The translations under genes were made by a program, and so were the position numbers. Source: Clostridiaceae bacterium (lineage in GTDB: Bacteria; Bacillota; Clostridia; DSM-8532). From it: 24,000 bases of DNA. The notes under the pieces were generated by a model. It was not told the DNA's origin and did not search any database. It worked only from the letters and a program-made list of their open reading frames with translations. The first letter of the stretch is position 1, and every line of letters starts with the position of its first letter. Location of the stretch: the NCBI GenBank assembly GCA_012516065.1, contig JAAYXD010000144.1:4577-28576 (forward strand), written 5' to 3'. This document shows, piece by piece, positions 1-8,250 of this stretch.

Positions 1-1532
1 AAGGGTTAAAAGCTCTTGCTAACGATTACCGTATAATAAACTTGTGTAAACGACAAACAAAGGAACAGACTGCAAATGTAAATCGCCTGCTCTATGATTT
101 CTCAAATTCTCAGGAAATTCGTGGAGTATTTACTCTTGTAGATTTACAAGGAAACTTAATTTGTTCAAATCTGTATAAAGACAATCGCAATATATTTTTG
201 CAAAGTTTTCTGTATAAAAGTTTAGTTTCAAAAATGTTATCAGATCCCCAGAGAACTTTTTTGGTTCCCAGTCGTCTGAATTATTCCTATAATCAGACGG
301 GAGATTTGCTGATAGGATGTACTGTGAAGGATGGAAATGAAGCTGTAGGCTTTTTGTTTTTTGAATTGCTTGATGAGGAAATATATGAGACTGTAAGCAG
401 ATATAATGTAGATGATGTGATTTTAACCGATCAATTTAACAATTTAATTTTTTCTATTGGAAGACAAAGCGAGGACTCTATGGGAAAGTATCCCGTTGGA
501 AGTTCTCAGTTTGAAAAAAATCAAGTTGATATAATTGAATTAAATGGGAAGCAATATCTGATAATAAAGAGCATTCTTAACGACGGCACCTTGTATCTGT
601 ATACTTTGACATCTATAAGTTTCCAGCAGGATCTTTTTCGATATGCGATTTTGTTCGTTGTGATTATGGGAATATTAATACTGACACTTCTGAAACCTCT
701 GACTTTGCTTGTTACAGACAAAAATTTACATGCCATAGAAGAGCTTAGAAAATCTATATTGGAAATGGGAAGAGGGAATATGGAGTATTCGTTGCGTCCG
801 CATGTTTTTGAGGAGTTTCAGGAATTGAATGATACTTTCCGGCAAATGGTGTTGCAGCGCGAAGAGCTTCAAAAAAGAAACAATGAGCTGATGGAGAGAA
901 AAAGAATAATGGAAATCAGACAACTGGAAGAAAAAATTAATCCTCATTTTTTATTTAATGTTCTGGAAACTTTACGTTATGAGGTTATGATTGATCCGGC
1001 TAAAGCTTCAGAGATGATAATGGCTTTCGCAAATATAATGCGTTATAACATATATTATCGAGATACCATTGTACCTCTTAAGACGGACATAGAACATGTA
1101 AAAGATTATTTAATGTTGCAAAAGATGCGTTATAATCGTCGTTTGACATATAGTATTGATATACCTGAGGAACTTATGGAATGTAAAGTTCCCAAATTAG
1201 TAATCCAACCAATTGTAGAGAATGCATTAAAACATGGGATGAAAAATGTTGAAACTATTAATGTAAACATTACTGCCTCCGTTGAAAATGAAAATTTGAG
1301 GCTGAGTGTTGAGGATAATGGTTCAGGGATTGAACCTGAAATACTGAACGAATTAATTAAGGATTTGGAAAGAGAAGATGTATATAAAGAACACATAGGA
1401 ATGTATAATTCCCACAGAGTTATCAGACTGCTATACGGACCGCCGTATGGATTAAAAATAGAAAGTACCTATGGAAAAGGCACAGTGGTAAATATAATTC
1501 TTCCAATAAACAGGGGAGATGATAATGAATAA
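1..1532 (+). CDS. Sensor histidine kinase, YesM/LytS-type, 5'-truncated by the window edge
   Basis: The reading frame is open from nt 3 to the listed TTG at 42 with no stop, so the true start is probably upstream of the window. It has a hydrophobic TM segment (AILFVVIMGILILTLL). It has the phospho-acceptor box 'INPHFLFNVLETL' typical of the LytS/YesM His_kinase family. It has a C-terminal GHKL ATPase region (VENALKHG, DNGSGI, GKGT). The stop at 1530-1532 overlaps the next gene. Confidence 0.85.
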   Translation, partial: GLKALANDYRIINLCKRQTKEQTANVNRLLYDFSNSQEIRGVFTLVDLQGNLICSNLYKDNRNIFLQSFLYKSLVSKMLSDPQRTFLVPSRLNYSYNQTGDLLIGCTVKDGNEAVGFLFFELLDEEIYETVSRYNVDDVILTDQFNNLIFSIGRQSEDSMGKYPVGSSQFEKNQVDIIELNGKQYLIIKSILNDGTLYLYTLTSISFQQDLFRYAILFVVIMGILILTLLKPLTLLVTDKNLHAIEELRKSILEMGRGNMEYSLRPHVFEEFQELNDTFRQMVLQREELQKRNNELMERKRIMEIRQLEEKINPHFLFNVLETLRYEVMIDPAKASEMIMAFANIMRYNIYYRDTIVPLKTDIEHVKDYLMLQKMRYNRRLTYSIDIPEELMECKVPKLVIQPIVENALKHGMKNVETINVNITASVENENLRLSVEDNGSGIEPEILNELIKDLEREDVYKEHIGMYNSHRVIRLLYGPPYGLKIESTYGKGTVVNIILPINRGDDNE

Positions 1533-2304
1533 GGTGTTAATTGTAGAAGATGAAGACATTATGCGAAAAGGATTAATGTTTATGCCAAAATGGCATGAAG
1601 TGGATTGCATTGTGGTAGGAGAGGCGGTAAATGGCCAGGATGGTTTGGAGAAAATTCAAAAGTACCGTCCGGACATTGTAATTGCAGACATTAACATGCC
1701 GGTCATGGACGGGCTTGAAATGCTGGAAAAAAGTATACGGGAATATGGGTATGATGCTATTATTGTGTCAGGCTATGGGGAATTTGAATATGCAAGAAGA
1801 GGTATTAGCCTGGGAGTTACGGAATACCTGTTAAAGCCAATTGATTATTCTAAGCTCTATGAAGCCATTCGAAAGATTCAGGCTAAGAGAAATGCCGATA
1901 CGAATATAAAGAATGCAATTCGTCAGATAGATGCTGAAAAGAAAAAGTTAGGAATCCTGGAATATAAGGAAAGGAAAACAGGGAACCGTTATGTAGATTT
2001 TATGATTCAAACAATTCATGACAATTATCATACACGGCTGGCTCTTACCGATATTAGTGAGCAATGCCGAATGTCCTGTACTTATCTGAATGTAAAATTT
2101 AAAAATGAGACGGGATATACATTTAACGATTATCTGAATCGGTATCGTATCCAAAAGGCGGTAGATTTGTTAAGAGAAAATCAGTATAAGATATATGAAA
2201 TTGCAGAAATGGTTGGTTTTTCCGATTATAAATATTTTATTAAGGTATTCAAAAAATATATCGGTTGTTCTCCGGCACGTTTCATAAGCGAAAACACAGA
2301 TTAG
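1525..2304 (+). CDS. Response regulator with CheY-like receiver and AraC/XylS-type HTH output (YesN-like)
   Basis: The receiver domain shows VLIVEDE, the phospho-Asp context 'DIVIADINMPVMDG' and 'LLKP'. The C-terminal AraC HTH shows 'YLNVKFKNETGYTFNDYLNRYRIQKA ... IAEMVGFSDYKYFIKVFKK'. I prefer the ATG at 1525, which has GGGAG 6 nt upstream, over the listed ATG at 1519, which has no spacing to any SD. The gene overlaps the kinase stop, which is typical two-component coupling. Confidence 0.88.
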   Translation: MNKVLIVEDEDIMRKGLMFMPKWHEVDCIVVGEAVNGQDGLEKIQKYRPDIVIADINMPVMDGLEMLEKSIREYGYDAIIVSGYGEFEYARRGISLGVTEYLLKPIDYSKLYEAIRKIQAKRNADTNIKNAIRQIDAEKKKLGILEYKERKTGNRYVDFMIQTIHDNYHTRLALTDISEQCRMSCTYLNVKFKNETGYTFNDYLNRYRIQKAVDLLRENQYKIYEIAEMVGFSDYKYFIKVFKKYIGCSPARFISENTD

Positions 2305-2324
2305 AAGGCAGTCACTTTTTTACA

Positions 2325-2353
2325 GGAGGTAGCTGAAATAATCAGCTACCTCC
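2325..2353 (+). terminator. Perfect 11-bp stem-loop downstream of the response-regulator gene (possible terminator with an atypical tail)
   Basis: GGAGGTAGCTG (2325-2335), loop AAATAAT, then CAGCTACCTCC (2343-2353). The T-run (TTTTTT, 2315-2320) lies 5' of the stem on the + strand, and the 3' tail (TAATCGGTTCC) is only weakly U-rich. The structure is certain; the terminator function is not. Confidence 0.45.
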
Positions 2354-2367
2354 TAATCGGTTCCTTG

Positions 2368-2424
2368 TTATAATGTACTTTTATAATGTACTTTCTCTTT
2401 CTCAAATACTTTCACTTTCTCAAA
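2368..2424. repeat. Two abutting tandem duplications in a convergent intergenic region
   Basis: TTATAATGTACTT occurs twice back to back (2368-2380 and 2381-2393). It is followed by TACTTTCTCTTTCTCAAA (2389-2406) and TACTTTCACTTTCTCAAA (2407-2424), 18-mers that differ at one position. Read directly from the sequence. Confidence 0.85.
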
Positions 2425-2529
2425 GCATTTCCCGGCACTTTGGTTCCGGCAGTCAGCGCAACTTGCTTTAGCTCTTCTCCCGATAACGCCGTGCTACCTT
2501 AACAGAGGAACGTGAAACTATAAAACAGT

Positions 2530-3198
2530 TCAATACAAACCGTCATACGACTGGGATTTCATGAGTTTCACCAGACGGCTGGTTCCCAGACGGTCAGCAC
2601 CGAGCTCTATATATTTCCTGGCATCATTAAAATTGGAAATGCCACCCGCTGCCTTAATTTTGACATTGGGGCCAACATGTTTTGCAAACAGCTCAATATC
2701 CTCAAAGGTGGCGCCTGCAGTGGAAAATCCCGTACTGGTTTTGATATAGTCTGCCCCGGATCTGGTTACCAAATCGCACATAACAATCTTTTCTTCTTCA
2801 GTAAGCAGGCATGTTTCAATGATGACTTTCAGAATACGTTCACCGCAGGCTTGCTTAATGGCTTTAATTTCCTTAAGTACATAGTCGTATTCTTTGTTTT
2901 TCAAGGCGCCTATATTGATGACCATATCGATTTCATCTGCGCCGTTTGCTATGGCGTCCTGGGTTTCAAAAACTTTGGCGGCAGTAGTCATATTGCCATT
3001 GGGAAAGCCGATAACGGTACAGATAACCATGCGGTCGCCTACATACTCTTTTGCGCGGGCCACATAGCATGGCGGAATGCATACTGAAGCGGTTTGATAC
3101 TTGATAGCATCGTCACAAAGTGCCTGGATTTCGGGCCAGGTAGCAGTTTGCAACAGTAATGTGTGATCCACATGGGATAATATGTCTTGTGTATTCAT
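2530..3198 (-). CDS. deoC: Deoxyribose-phosphate aldolase
   Basis: 222 aa. It has the N-terminal 'DHTLL' motif and 'ASVCIPP'. The Schiff-base lysine context is 'DYIKTSTGF', followed by 'KIKAAGGI'. SD GAAAGGAAGG lies upstream of the ATG at 3198. Confidence 0.93.
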   Translation of the reverse strand: MNTQDILSHVDHTLLLQTATWPEIQALCDDAIKYQTASVCIPPCYVARAKEYVGDRMVICTVIGFPNGNMTTAAKVFETQDAIANGADEIDMVINIGALKNKEYDYVLKEIKAIKQACGERILKVIIETCLLTEEEKIVMCDLVTRSGADYIKTSTGFSTAGATFEDIELFAKHVGPNVKIKAAGGISNFNDARKYIELGADRLGTSRLVKLMKSQSYDGLY

Positions 3199-3254
3199 AA
3201 GATTGCCTTCCTTTCTACCGATTAATATATTCCGAAGTATTGTATATTCTATTG

Positions 3255-3671
3255 TTATTTTTCCAAATCCTTTGGTCCAAAACCCATGGGGAGGATTTGC
3301 TCCAATGTGAAAATTTCATAATGCTGAGGGTCTTTTGCAAGTATTACTTCGAAAGTTTTTGGATCGCAAAATTCCATCATGACTTGGCGGCACACGCCGC
3401 AGGGGGCACACAAAGCCAGAGTGTCCGCTCCTTCCGGACCACCAACAATGGCAATGGCGGAAAACTCCCTGACACCTTCGCTGACTGCTTTAAAGAAAGC
3501 AGTACGTTCAGCGCAGTTGCTGGGTGTATAGGCCGCATTTTCTATGTTGCAGCCGGTATACAGCCTCCCATCTTTGGACAGCAGTGCTGCACCTACCGCA
3601 AAATGCGAATAGGGGGAATAGGATTGTTTACGTGCTTGTAAAGCATGGGAAATCAACTCAGATCGTGTCAT
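3255..3671 (-). CDS. cdd: Cytidine deaminase (small tetrameric type)
   Basis: 138 aa. The zinc and catalytic motifs are '[11 protein letters not shown]' and '[14 protein letters not shown]'. SD AGAAAGGAG lies upstream of the ATG at 3671. Confidence 0.93.
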   Translation of the reverse strand: MTRSELISHALQARKQSYSPYSHFAVGAALLSKDGRLYTGCNIENAAYTPSNCAERTAFFKAVSEGVREFSAIAIVGGPEGADTLALCAPCGVCRQVMMEFCDPKTFEVILAKDPQHYEIFTLEQILPMGFGPKDLEK

Positions 3672-3693
3672 AAATATGCTCCTTTCTTATATA

Positions 3694-3736
3694 CAAAGGG
3701 AAAAAGGATACTCCGCCGGCAGAAACGCACGGCGGA
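3694..3736 (-). terminator. Stem-loop with T-rich tail between the second permease gene and cdd (partial terminator or mRNA-stabilising hairpin)
   Basis: The minus-strand RNA reads TCCGCCG-tgcgtttctgc-CGGCGGA, a 7-bp GC stem at 3712-3718 and 3730-3736. It is followed by GTATCCTTTTTCCCTTTGT. Only about 40 nt separate it from the cdd start, so read-through is likely. Confidence 0.5.
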
Positions 3737-3752
3737 ATACCGACTGCCCCAT

Positions 3753-4688
3753 TTACTTCTGTTTTAAATACGGTTTGCCGCTGGCGGCAGGTACGCGGGA
3801 TTTACCGACAAACAGTACCAGCGTAATGATTGTTACAACGTAAGGAATCATGGAAATCAGGTTGGGCGATATTACATTGCCTGAACCCAAAAGAACCTTT
3901 AAGCCGTTGCACAATCCGAACAGCAGGCAGGCACCCATGGCTCCGTGAGGGGTGAATTTACCGAAGATAACAGCGGCGATGGCGATAAAGCCCTGGCCGA
4001 CAATAACTTCCGGACGGAACTGGCTGACAGTGCACAGGGTAACATAAGCACCACCAAGACCTGCGAAAAAGCCGGAAGCAATCACGGCAATGTAGCGGAT
4101 GCGGAATACATTGATACCTTGAGTTTCACAAGCCTTGGGATGCTCACCTACGGCACGAAGACGCATGCCGAATCTGGTCTTGTAGAAGATAAACCATACG
4201 ATAGCCACTGCCACAAAAGCCAGATAAGTAGCAACGTAGGTGTTAAGAACATTATTCCAGAAACTTCCCACCTCGAAAACACCGTTGAACAGCTTGGGCA
4301 GCTTTTGAGCTGTGTCCAGCGGAGGAGTGTTTGAGGATTGTTCAAACAGTGCTTTGCATACGAAGATAGCTACGCCGGGTGCCAAAAAGTTTATGGCAGT
4401 ACCGGAAATGGTCTGGTCTGCGCCGAAAGAAACGCAGGCTATGGCATGAATCAGTCCGAAGAGAGCTCCAACCAGTCCTCCGCATAAAAAGGCCAGCCAG
4501 GCATTGCCGGTGAAATGAGCCACTGCCGCGCCTACAAAAGCACCGATGGTCATCATACCTTCAATACCAATGTTAACGACGCCACTGCGTTCCGAAAAAG
4601 TGGAGCCCAATGCAGCATAAAGCAAAGGAGGTGTAGCTATCAGTGTGGCGTTAATAACCAAGCCGAGATTTTTAATCAGTTCTTCCAT
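3753..4688 (-). CDS. ABC transporter permease, nucleoside/BMP-type (YufQ/NupQ-like)
   Basis: 311 aa, polytopic and glycine-rich in its TM helices, as in the BPD_transp_2 family. The start ATG directly abuts the stop of the upstream permease (TAAATG junction at 4688/4689). Confidence 0.88.
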   Translation of the reverse strand: MEELIKNLGLVINATLIATPPLLYAALGSTFSERSGVVNIGIEGMMTIGAFVGAAVAHFTGNAWLAFLCGGLVGALFGLIHAIACVSFGADQTISGTAINFLAPGVAIFVCKALFEQSSNTPPLDTAQKLPKLFNGVFEVGSFWNNVLNTYVATYLAFVAVAIVWFIFYKTRFGMRLRAVGEHPKACETQGINVFRIRYIAVIASGFFAGLGGAYVTLCTVSQFRPEVIVGQGFIAIAAVIFGKFTPHGAMGACLLFGLCNGLKVLLGSGNVISPNLISMIPYVVTIITLVLFVGKSRVPAASGKPYLKQK

Positions 4689-5807
4689 TTATTTGTCCTC
4701 CTTATTCTTAAGCCGTCTTGTAATTAAATAGCGGAATACATGTGATATGGCGATAAAGAGCACGATGGTGCCCATAATGATGTCAACGACTTCTGTGGGA
4801 GCATCAATTAGATTGAGCTTGGAGCCGCCGTATTTCATGGCACCGTAAAACAGCCCTGAAAAAATACAACCAATAGGGTGAGAGCTTGCGATTAACGCAA
4901 CGGTGATTCCCTGGAAGCCGAAGCCTTCCTGTCCGGCAAACTGACTGATGCGCATGGAGTTACCCATCAGTTGCACGGCACCGCCCAAAGCTGCCAGAGC
5001 ACCCGACAGGCTCATGGCAATATACATCGTCTTGTTGGAATTAATACCGCCGTATTTGGCTGCGTGAGGATTGAGACCAACGGCCTGTACTTTATAGCCA
5101 AGAGTGGTTTTCGTCAGGATAAACCAAATAACAATTGCCGCAATAATTGCCAGGAAAATACCGTAGTTGGCTTTATTACTCTGAAAAATATTCTGCAACG
5201 ATTGGGGCAGCAGAATTCTTGCAGATTCGCGAATATCCTTGGAAGCCTCTCCGCCGCCAACCTTGTGAATAGCTGCAGTATTGACTACATAATTTGAAAA
5301 ATAAAAGGCGATCCAGTTGAACATAATGAAGGACAAAACTTCATTGATACCGAACCGGACGCGCAGCACTGCCACCAGAAAGCTCCACAGCATGCCGGCG
5401 GCAACAGCGGCCAGCATACATAGCAGCACGTGCAACCCGGGAGGAGCGTCCACCAGGATGCCTACGCACAGAGCAGCCAGTGAGCCTACAACAAACTGCC
5501 CTTCGGCGCCGATGTTGAAAACACCCATTTTGTAAGAAAATGCCACGCTTAACCCCGTAAATATCAGCGGAGTTGCATAGATCACCGACCAAATGAGATA
5601 CTTGGGACGGCTGAACACGCTGCTGAACAGCTTTGCATATGCTTCAATGGGACTGAAGCCGGCTGCCCACAGGAAAATGCCGCCGACCAGAAATCCGAAG
5701 AAAATAGCAATAATGGTATATAGGGCATTTTGATGAATTAGTCTTTGTGCTTTAATTTTCAAAATATTCTGAGAGGGCTTGTTATTCTGGTTGTTTTTGT
5801 GTTTCAT
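4689..5807 (-). CDS. ABC transporter permease, nucleoside/BMP-type (YufP/NupP-like)
   Basis: 372 aa and polytopic. AGGAGGAA lies 6 nt upstream of the ATG at 5807. It overlaps the 3' end of the ATPase gene by 26 nt. Confidence 0.88.
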   Translation of the reverse strand: MKHKNNQNNKPSQNILKIKAQRLIHQNALYTIIAIFFGFLVGGIFLWAAGFSPIEAYAKLFSSVFSRPKYLIWSVIYATPLIFTGLSVAFSYKMGVFNIGAEGQFVVGSLAALCVGILVDAPPGLHVLLCMLAAVAAGMLWSFLVAVLRVRFGINEVLSFIMFNWIAFYFSNYVVNTAAIHKVGGGEASKDIRESARILLPQSLQNIFQSNKANYGIFLAIIAAIVIWFILTKTTLGYKVQAVGLNPHAAKYGGINSNKTMYIAMSLSGALAALGGAVQLMGNSMRISQFAGQEGFGFQGITVALIASSHPIGCIFSGLFYGAMKYGGSKLNLIDAPTEVVDIIMGTIVLFIAISHVFRYLITRRLKNKEDK

Positions 5808-7344
5808 TTTTAGTTCCTCCTGCCATCATCAGTCCTAGGACTTTTTCATCGGCCTCGTGGCCTGGCACACTGCCTACGATATTACCGCTGTAAATGACTT
5901 CAATCCTGTCGGAAAGGCTCATGATTTCATCCAGTTCAAAGGACACCAGCAGTACAGCTTTATTTTTATTGCGCTGCTCCACAATATAACGGTGAACAAA
6001 CTCGATGGCGCCTACGTCCAAACCGCGAGTCGGATTAACGGCGATAAGCAAATCCTTGTCATTGGTAACCTCACGGGCAATGATTACCTTTTGCTGGTTA
6101 CCGCCGGACAGCTTGCCTGCTTCTTTGGTGCCGCCGTCAGCACCCCGGACGTCAAATTTTTCGACAAGCTCTGCCGCATGCTTGTAAATCGCATCTTTCT
6201 TTAAAATACCGCGTTTGGAGAAAGGGGGTTGTTCATAATTTTGCAGAACCAGATTGTAAGCTACAGAATAATCCAGTATCAGCCCGTGCTTTTGCCGGTC
6301 GGCCGGAATGCTGGATACGCCGTTATCAAACAGTGTACGTGCATCGGCGTTGAACAAATCTTTGCCGCCTATTATGACTTTTCCGGATTCGCCTTTCCGC
6401 AAACCGGTTAAAATCTCCACCAGCTCGGTCTGACCATTGCCGTCTACGCCGGCTAGGCCCACGATTTCACCACGGCGCACTTTAAGGCTTAAACCCTTAA
6501 GCACTTCCACGCCGCGGTAATCCCTGGCGTGCAGGTCCTGTATGTCAATAATGACTTCACCTGGCTCAATGGGCTTCTTGTCCACCACAAATTGAACATC
6601 GCGGCCTACCATCATGGAAGCCAGATCGTGTTCACTGACAGCTTCTACATCGACAGTGCCGATATATTTGCCCTGTCGGATAATGGTACACCTGTCAGCC
6701 GAAGCCTTGATTTCCTTCAGCTTGTGGGTGATTAGCAACACGGTTTTGCCGTCGGCTGTGAGGTTGTGGATGATGTTGATCAGTTCCTCGATTTCCTGCG
6801 GTGTCAGCGAGGCGGTGGGCTCGTCGAGAATAAGGATATTGGCGCCCCGGTACAGAACTTTAAGGATTTCAACACGCTGCTGCATTCCTACCGAAATGTC
6901 TTCGATTTTGGCATCGGGATCCACATGCATGCCATAGCGCTCGGACAGTTCCAACACTTTCCGGCGTGCCTTTTTGATGTCCACCACCATACCTTTGGTG
7001 GGCTCCATGCCGAGAATAATGTTTTCGGTAACGGTAAAGGGTTCCACCAGCATGAAGTGCTGATGCACCATGCCGATTCCAAGTTCGATGGCATGGCGCG
7101 GACTCTCGATATGCACAGGAGAACCGAATATGGAGATGCTACCGGATGTCGGTTTATACAGTCCGTACAATATGTTCATCAGCGTACTTTTCCCGGCGCC
7201 GTTTTCGCCAAGAATAGCGTGAACTTCGCCTTTGTAAACGGTTAGGTTGATGTGATCGTTTGCCACGAAGTTACCGAACTTTTTGACGATGTCAGTCATT
7301 TGAACGGCAACTACGTTCGGATCAATATGGCTTGTTTTTTCCAA
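5782..7344 (-). CDS. ABC transporter ATP-binding protein with two fused ABC domains (YufO/NupO-like)
   Basis: There are two Walker A sites (GENGAGKST, GVDGNGQTE), two signature-like motifs (VGMQQRVEILKVL, LSGGNQQKVIIARE) and Walker B sites (ILILDEP, LLIAVNP). The listed 609-aa ORF runs into the upstream activase gene. I trimmed it to the TTG at 7344, which follows AAGGAGGG. The ATG at 7299 is the alternative start. Confidence 0.88.
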   Translation of the reverse strand: MEKTSHIDPNVVAVQMTDIVKKFGNFVANDHINLTVYKGEVHAILGENGAGKSTLMNILYGLYKPTSGSISIFGSPVHIESPRHAIELGIGMVHQHFMLVEPFTVTENIILGMEPTKGMVVDIKKARRKVLELSERYGMHVDPDAKIEDISVGMQQRVEILKVLYRGANILILDEPTASLTPQEIEELINIIHNLTADGKTVLLITHKLKEIKASADRCTIIRQGKYIGTVDVEAVSEHDLASMMVGRDVQFVVDKKPIEPGEVIIDIQDLHARDYRGVEVLKGLSLKVRRGEIVGLAGVDGNGQTELVEILTGLRKGESGKVIIGGKDLFNADARTLFDNGVSSIPADRQKHGLILDYSVAYNLVLQNYEQPPFSKRGILKKDAIYKHAAELVEKFDVRGADGGTKEAGKLSGGNQQKVIIAREVTNDKDLLIAVNPTRGLDVGAIEFVHRYIVEQRNKNKAVLLVSFELDEIMSLSDRIEVIYSGNIVGSVPGHEADEKVLGLMMAGGTKNETQKQPE

Positions 7345-7405
7345 GTCCGTTTTTCCCTCCTTATATGTTGGCTTGCGGGAATTGTGTAGTGTATTTGCTT
7401 GTAAT

Positions 7406-8248
7406 TTAAATGATAATAATATCTTTAAAGCCTTTGGCTGCAAGCAGCCCGGCGTAATATTCCATTTGATTACGTGTCGGAATTTGCAAAGTCTCCTTAT
7501 ATTGCGGGCGAACCCCCATCGGACGATAGGATATAAGCTTATATCGGATGGGGCGAATGGGTAAGTAGCTACTGAGCATGTCGCCGATTTGTGTAATGGT
7601 TTGTTCTGCATCGAAAAGGCCTGGTGAAACTACTGTACGAACCTCAAACAGCTTACCCTTTGATGCAAGAAAACGTGCATTTTTCAATACAACCTGGTTG
7701 CTCCATCCGGTCACCCGCTTGTGTTCTTCACAGTCAAATGCTTTTATGTCAAGCATTACGCCGTCGGTAACAGCCAGCAAATCAGGATAGTGTTCAAAAT
7801 CGAGGGTTCCATTGGAGTCAATCAGGGTGGACAGGCCATGAGCCTGTGCCAGAATAAACAGCTCTGTCAGAAACTCCGGGTAAAGTGTGCATTCTCCGCC
7901 GGAAACGGTGATACCGCGGATAAATGGGATTTGCTTTTCCACCTTTCGCCAAACCTGTTCCGGTGTCATATCAACGGTTTTGGGGCTGCTGTCATGAGGG
8001 CATGCCTTGATGCAGCTGTCACAATGGACGCATTTGGCACAGTTGTAACGAACTTTTTCATCTTCGAAGCTTAATGCCCCTGTGGGGCATGAGTTGACAC
8101 ATGCCCCACAGTGCATACATTTGCATCTTGTTTCAGGATTATGGCAATACAAACAGTTCATATTGCAGCCCTGTAAAAAGATAGCGGTACGGTTGCCAGG
8201 CCCGTCAACGGTGCTGAAAGGTATGATTTTGTTGACAGTGGCCACCAT
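7406..8248 (-). CDS. yjjW: Glycyl-radical enzyme activating protein (radical SAM), YjjW-like
   Basis: 280 aa. The N-terminal 'VDGPGNRTAIFLQGCNMNCLYCHNPE' carries the CxxxCxxC radical SAM cluster. Two ferredoxin-like Cys clusters follow (CMHCGACVNSCP, CVHCDSCIKACP), as in GRE activases. 'VSGGE' forms the SAM-binding glycine motif. The start lies 2 nt after the stop of the upstream GRE gene. Confidence 0.85.
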   Translation of the reverse strand: MVATVNKIIPFSTVDGPGNRTAIFLQGCNMNCLYCHNPETRCKCMHCGACVNSCPTGALSFEDEKVRYNCAKCVHCDSCIKACPHDSSPKTVDMTPEQVWRKVEKQIPFIRGITVSGGECTLYPEFLTELFILAQAHGLSTLIDSNGTLDFEHYPDLLAVTDGVMLDIKAFDCEEHKRVTGWSNQVVLKNARFLASKGKLFEVRTVVSPGLFDAEQTITQIGDMLSSYLPIRPIRYKLISYRPMGVRPQYKETLQIPTRNQMEYYAGLLAAKGFKDIIII

Positions 8249-8250
8249 AA

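Noticed and set aside
1519-1524. Listed response-regulator start at ATG 1519
   Set aside because: The only SD (GGGAG, 1514-1518) directly abuts ATG 1519, whereas it is 6 nt from ATG 1525. The difference is two codons and of low consequence.
2368-2424. Possible CRISPR-like or mobile-element terminal repeat
   Set aside because: There are only two copies each of 13- and 18-nt units, directly abutting with no spacers. There are no cas or transposase genes and no matching inverted copy elsewhere in the window.
7345-7611. N-terminal ~89-aa extension of the listed 609-aa ORF for the ABC ATPase
   Set aside because: The extension overlaps the 3' end of the activase gene in another frame. It has no ABC homology (MQNKPLHKSATCSV...) and lacks an SD. 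The TTG at 7344, behind AAGGAGGG, gives a normal-length duplicated ABC ATPase.
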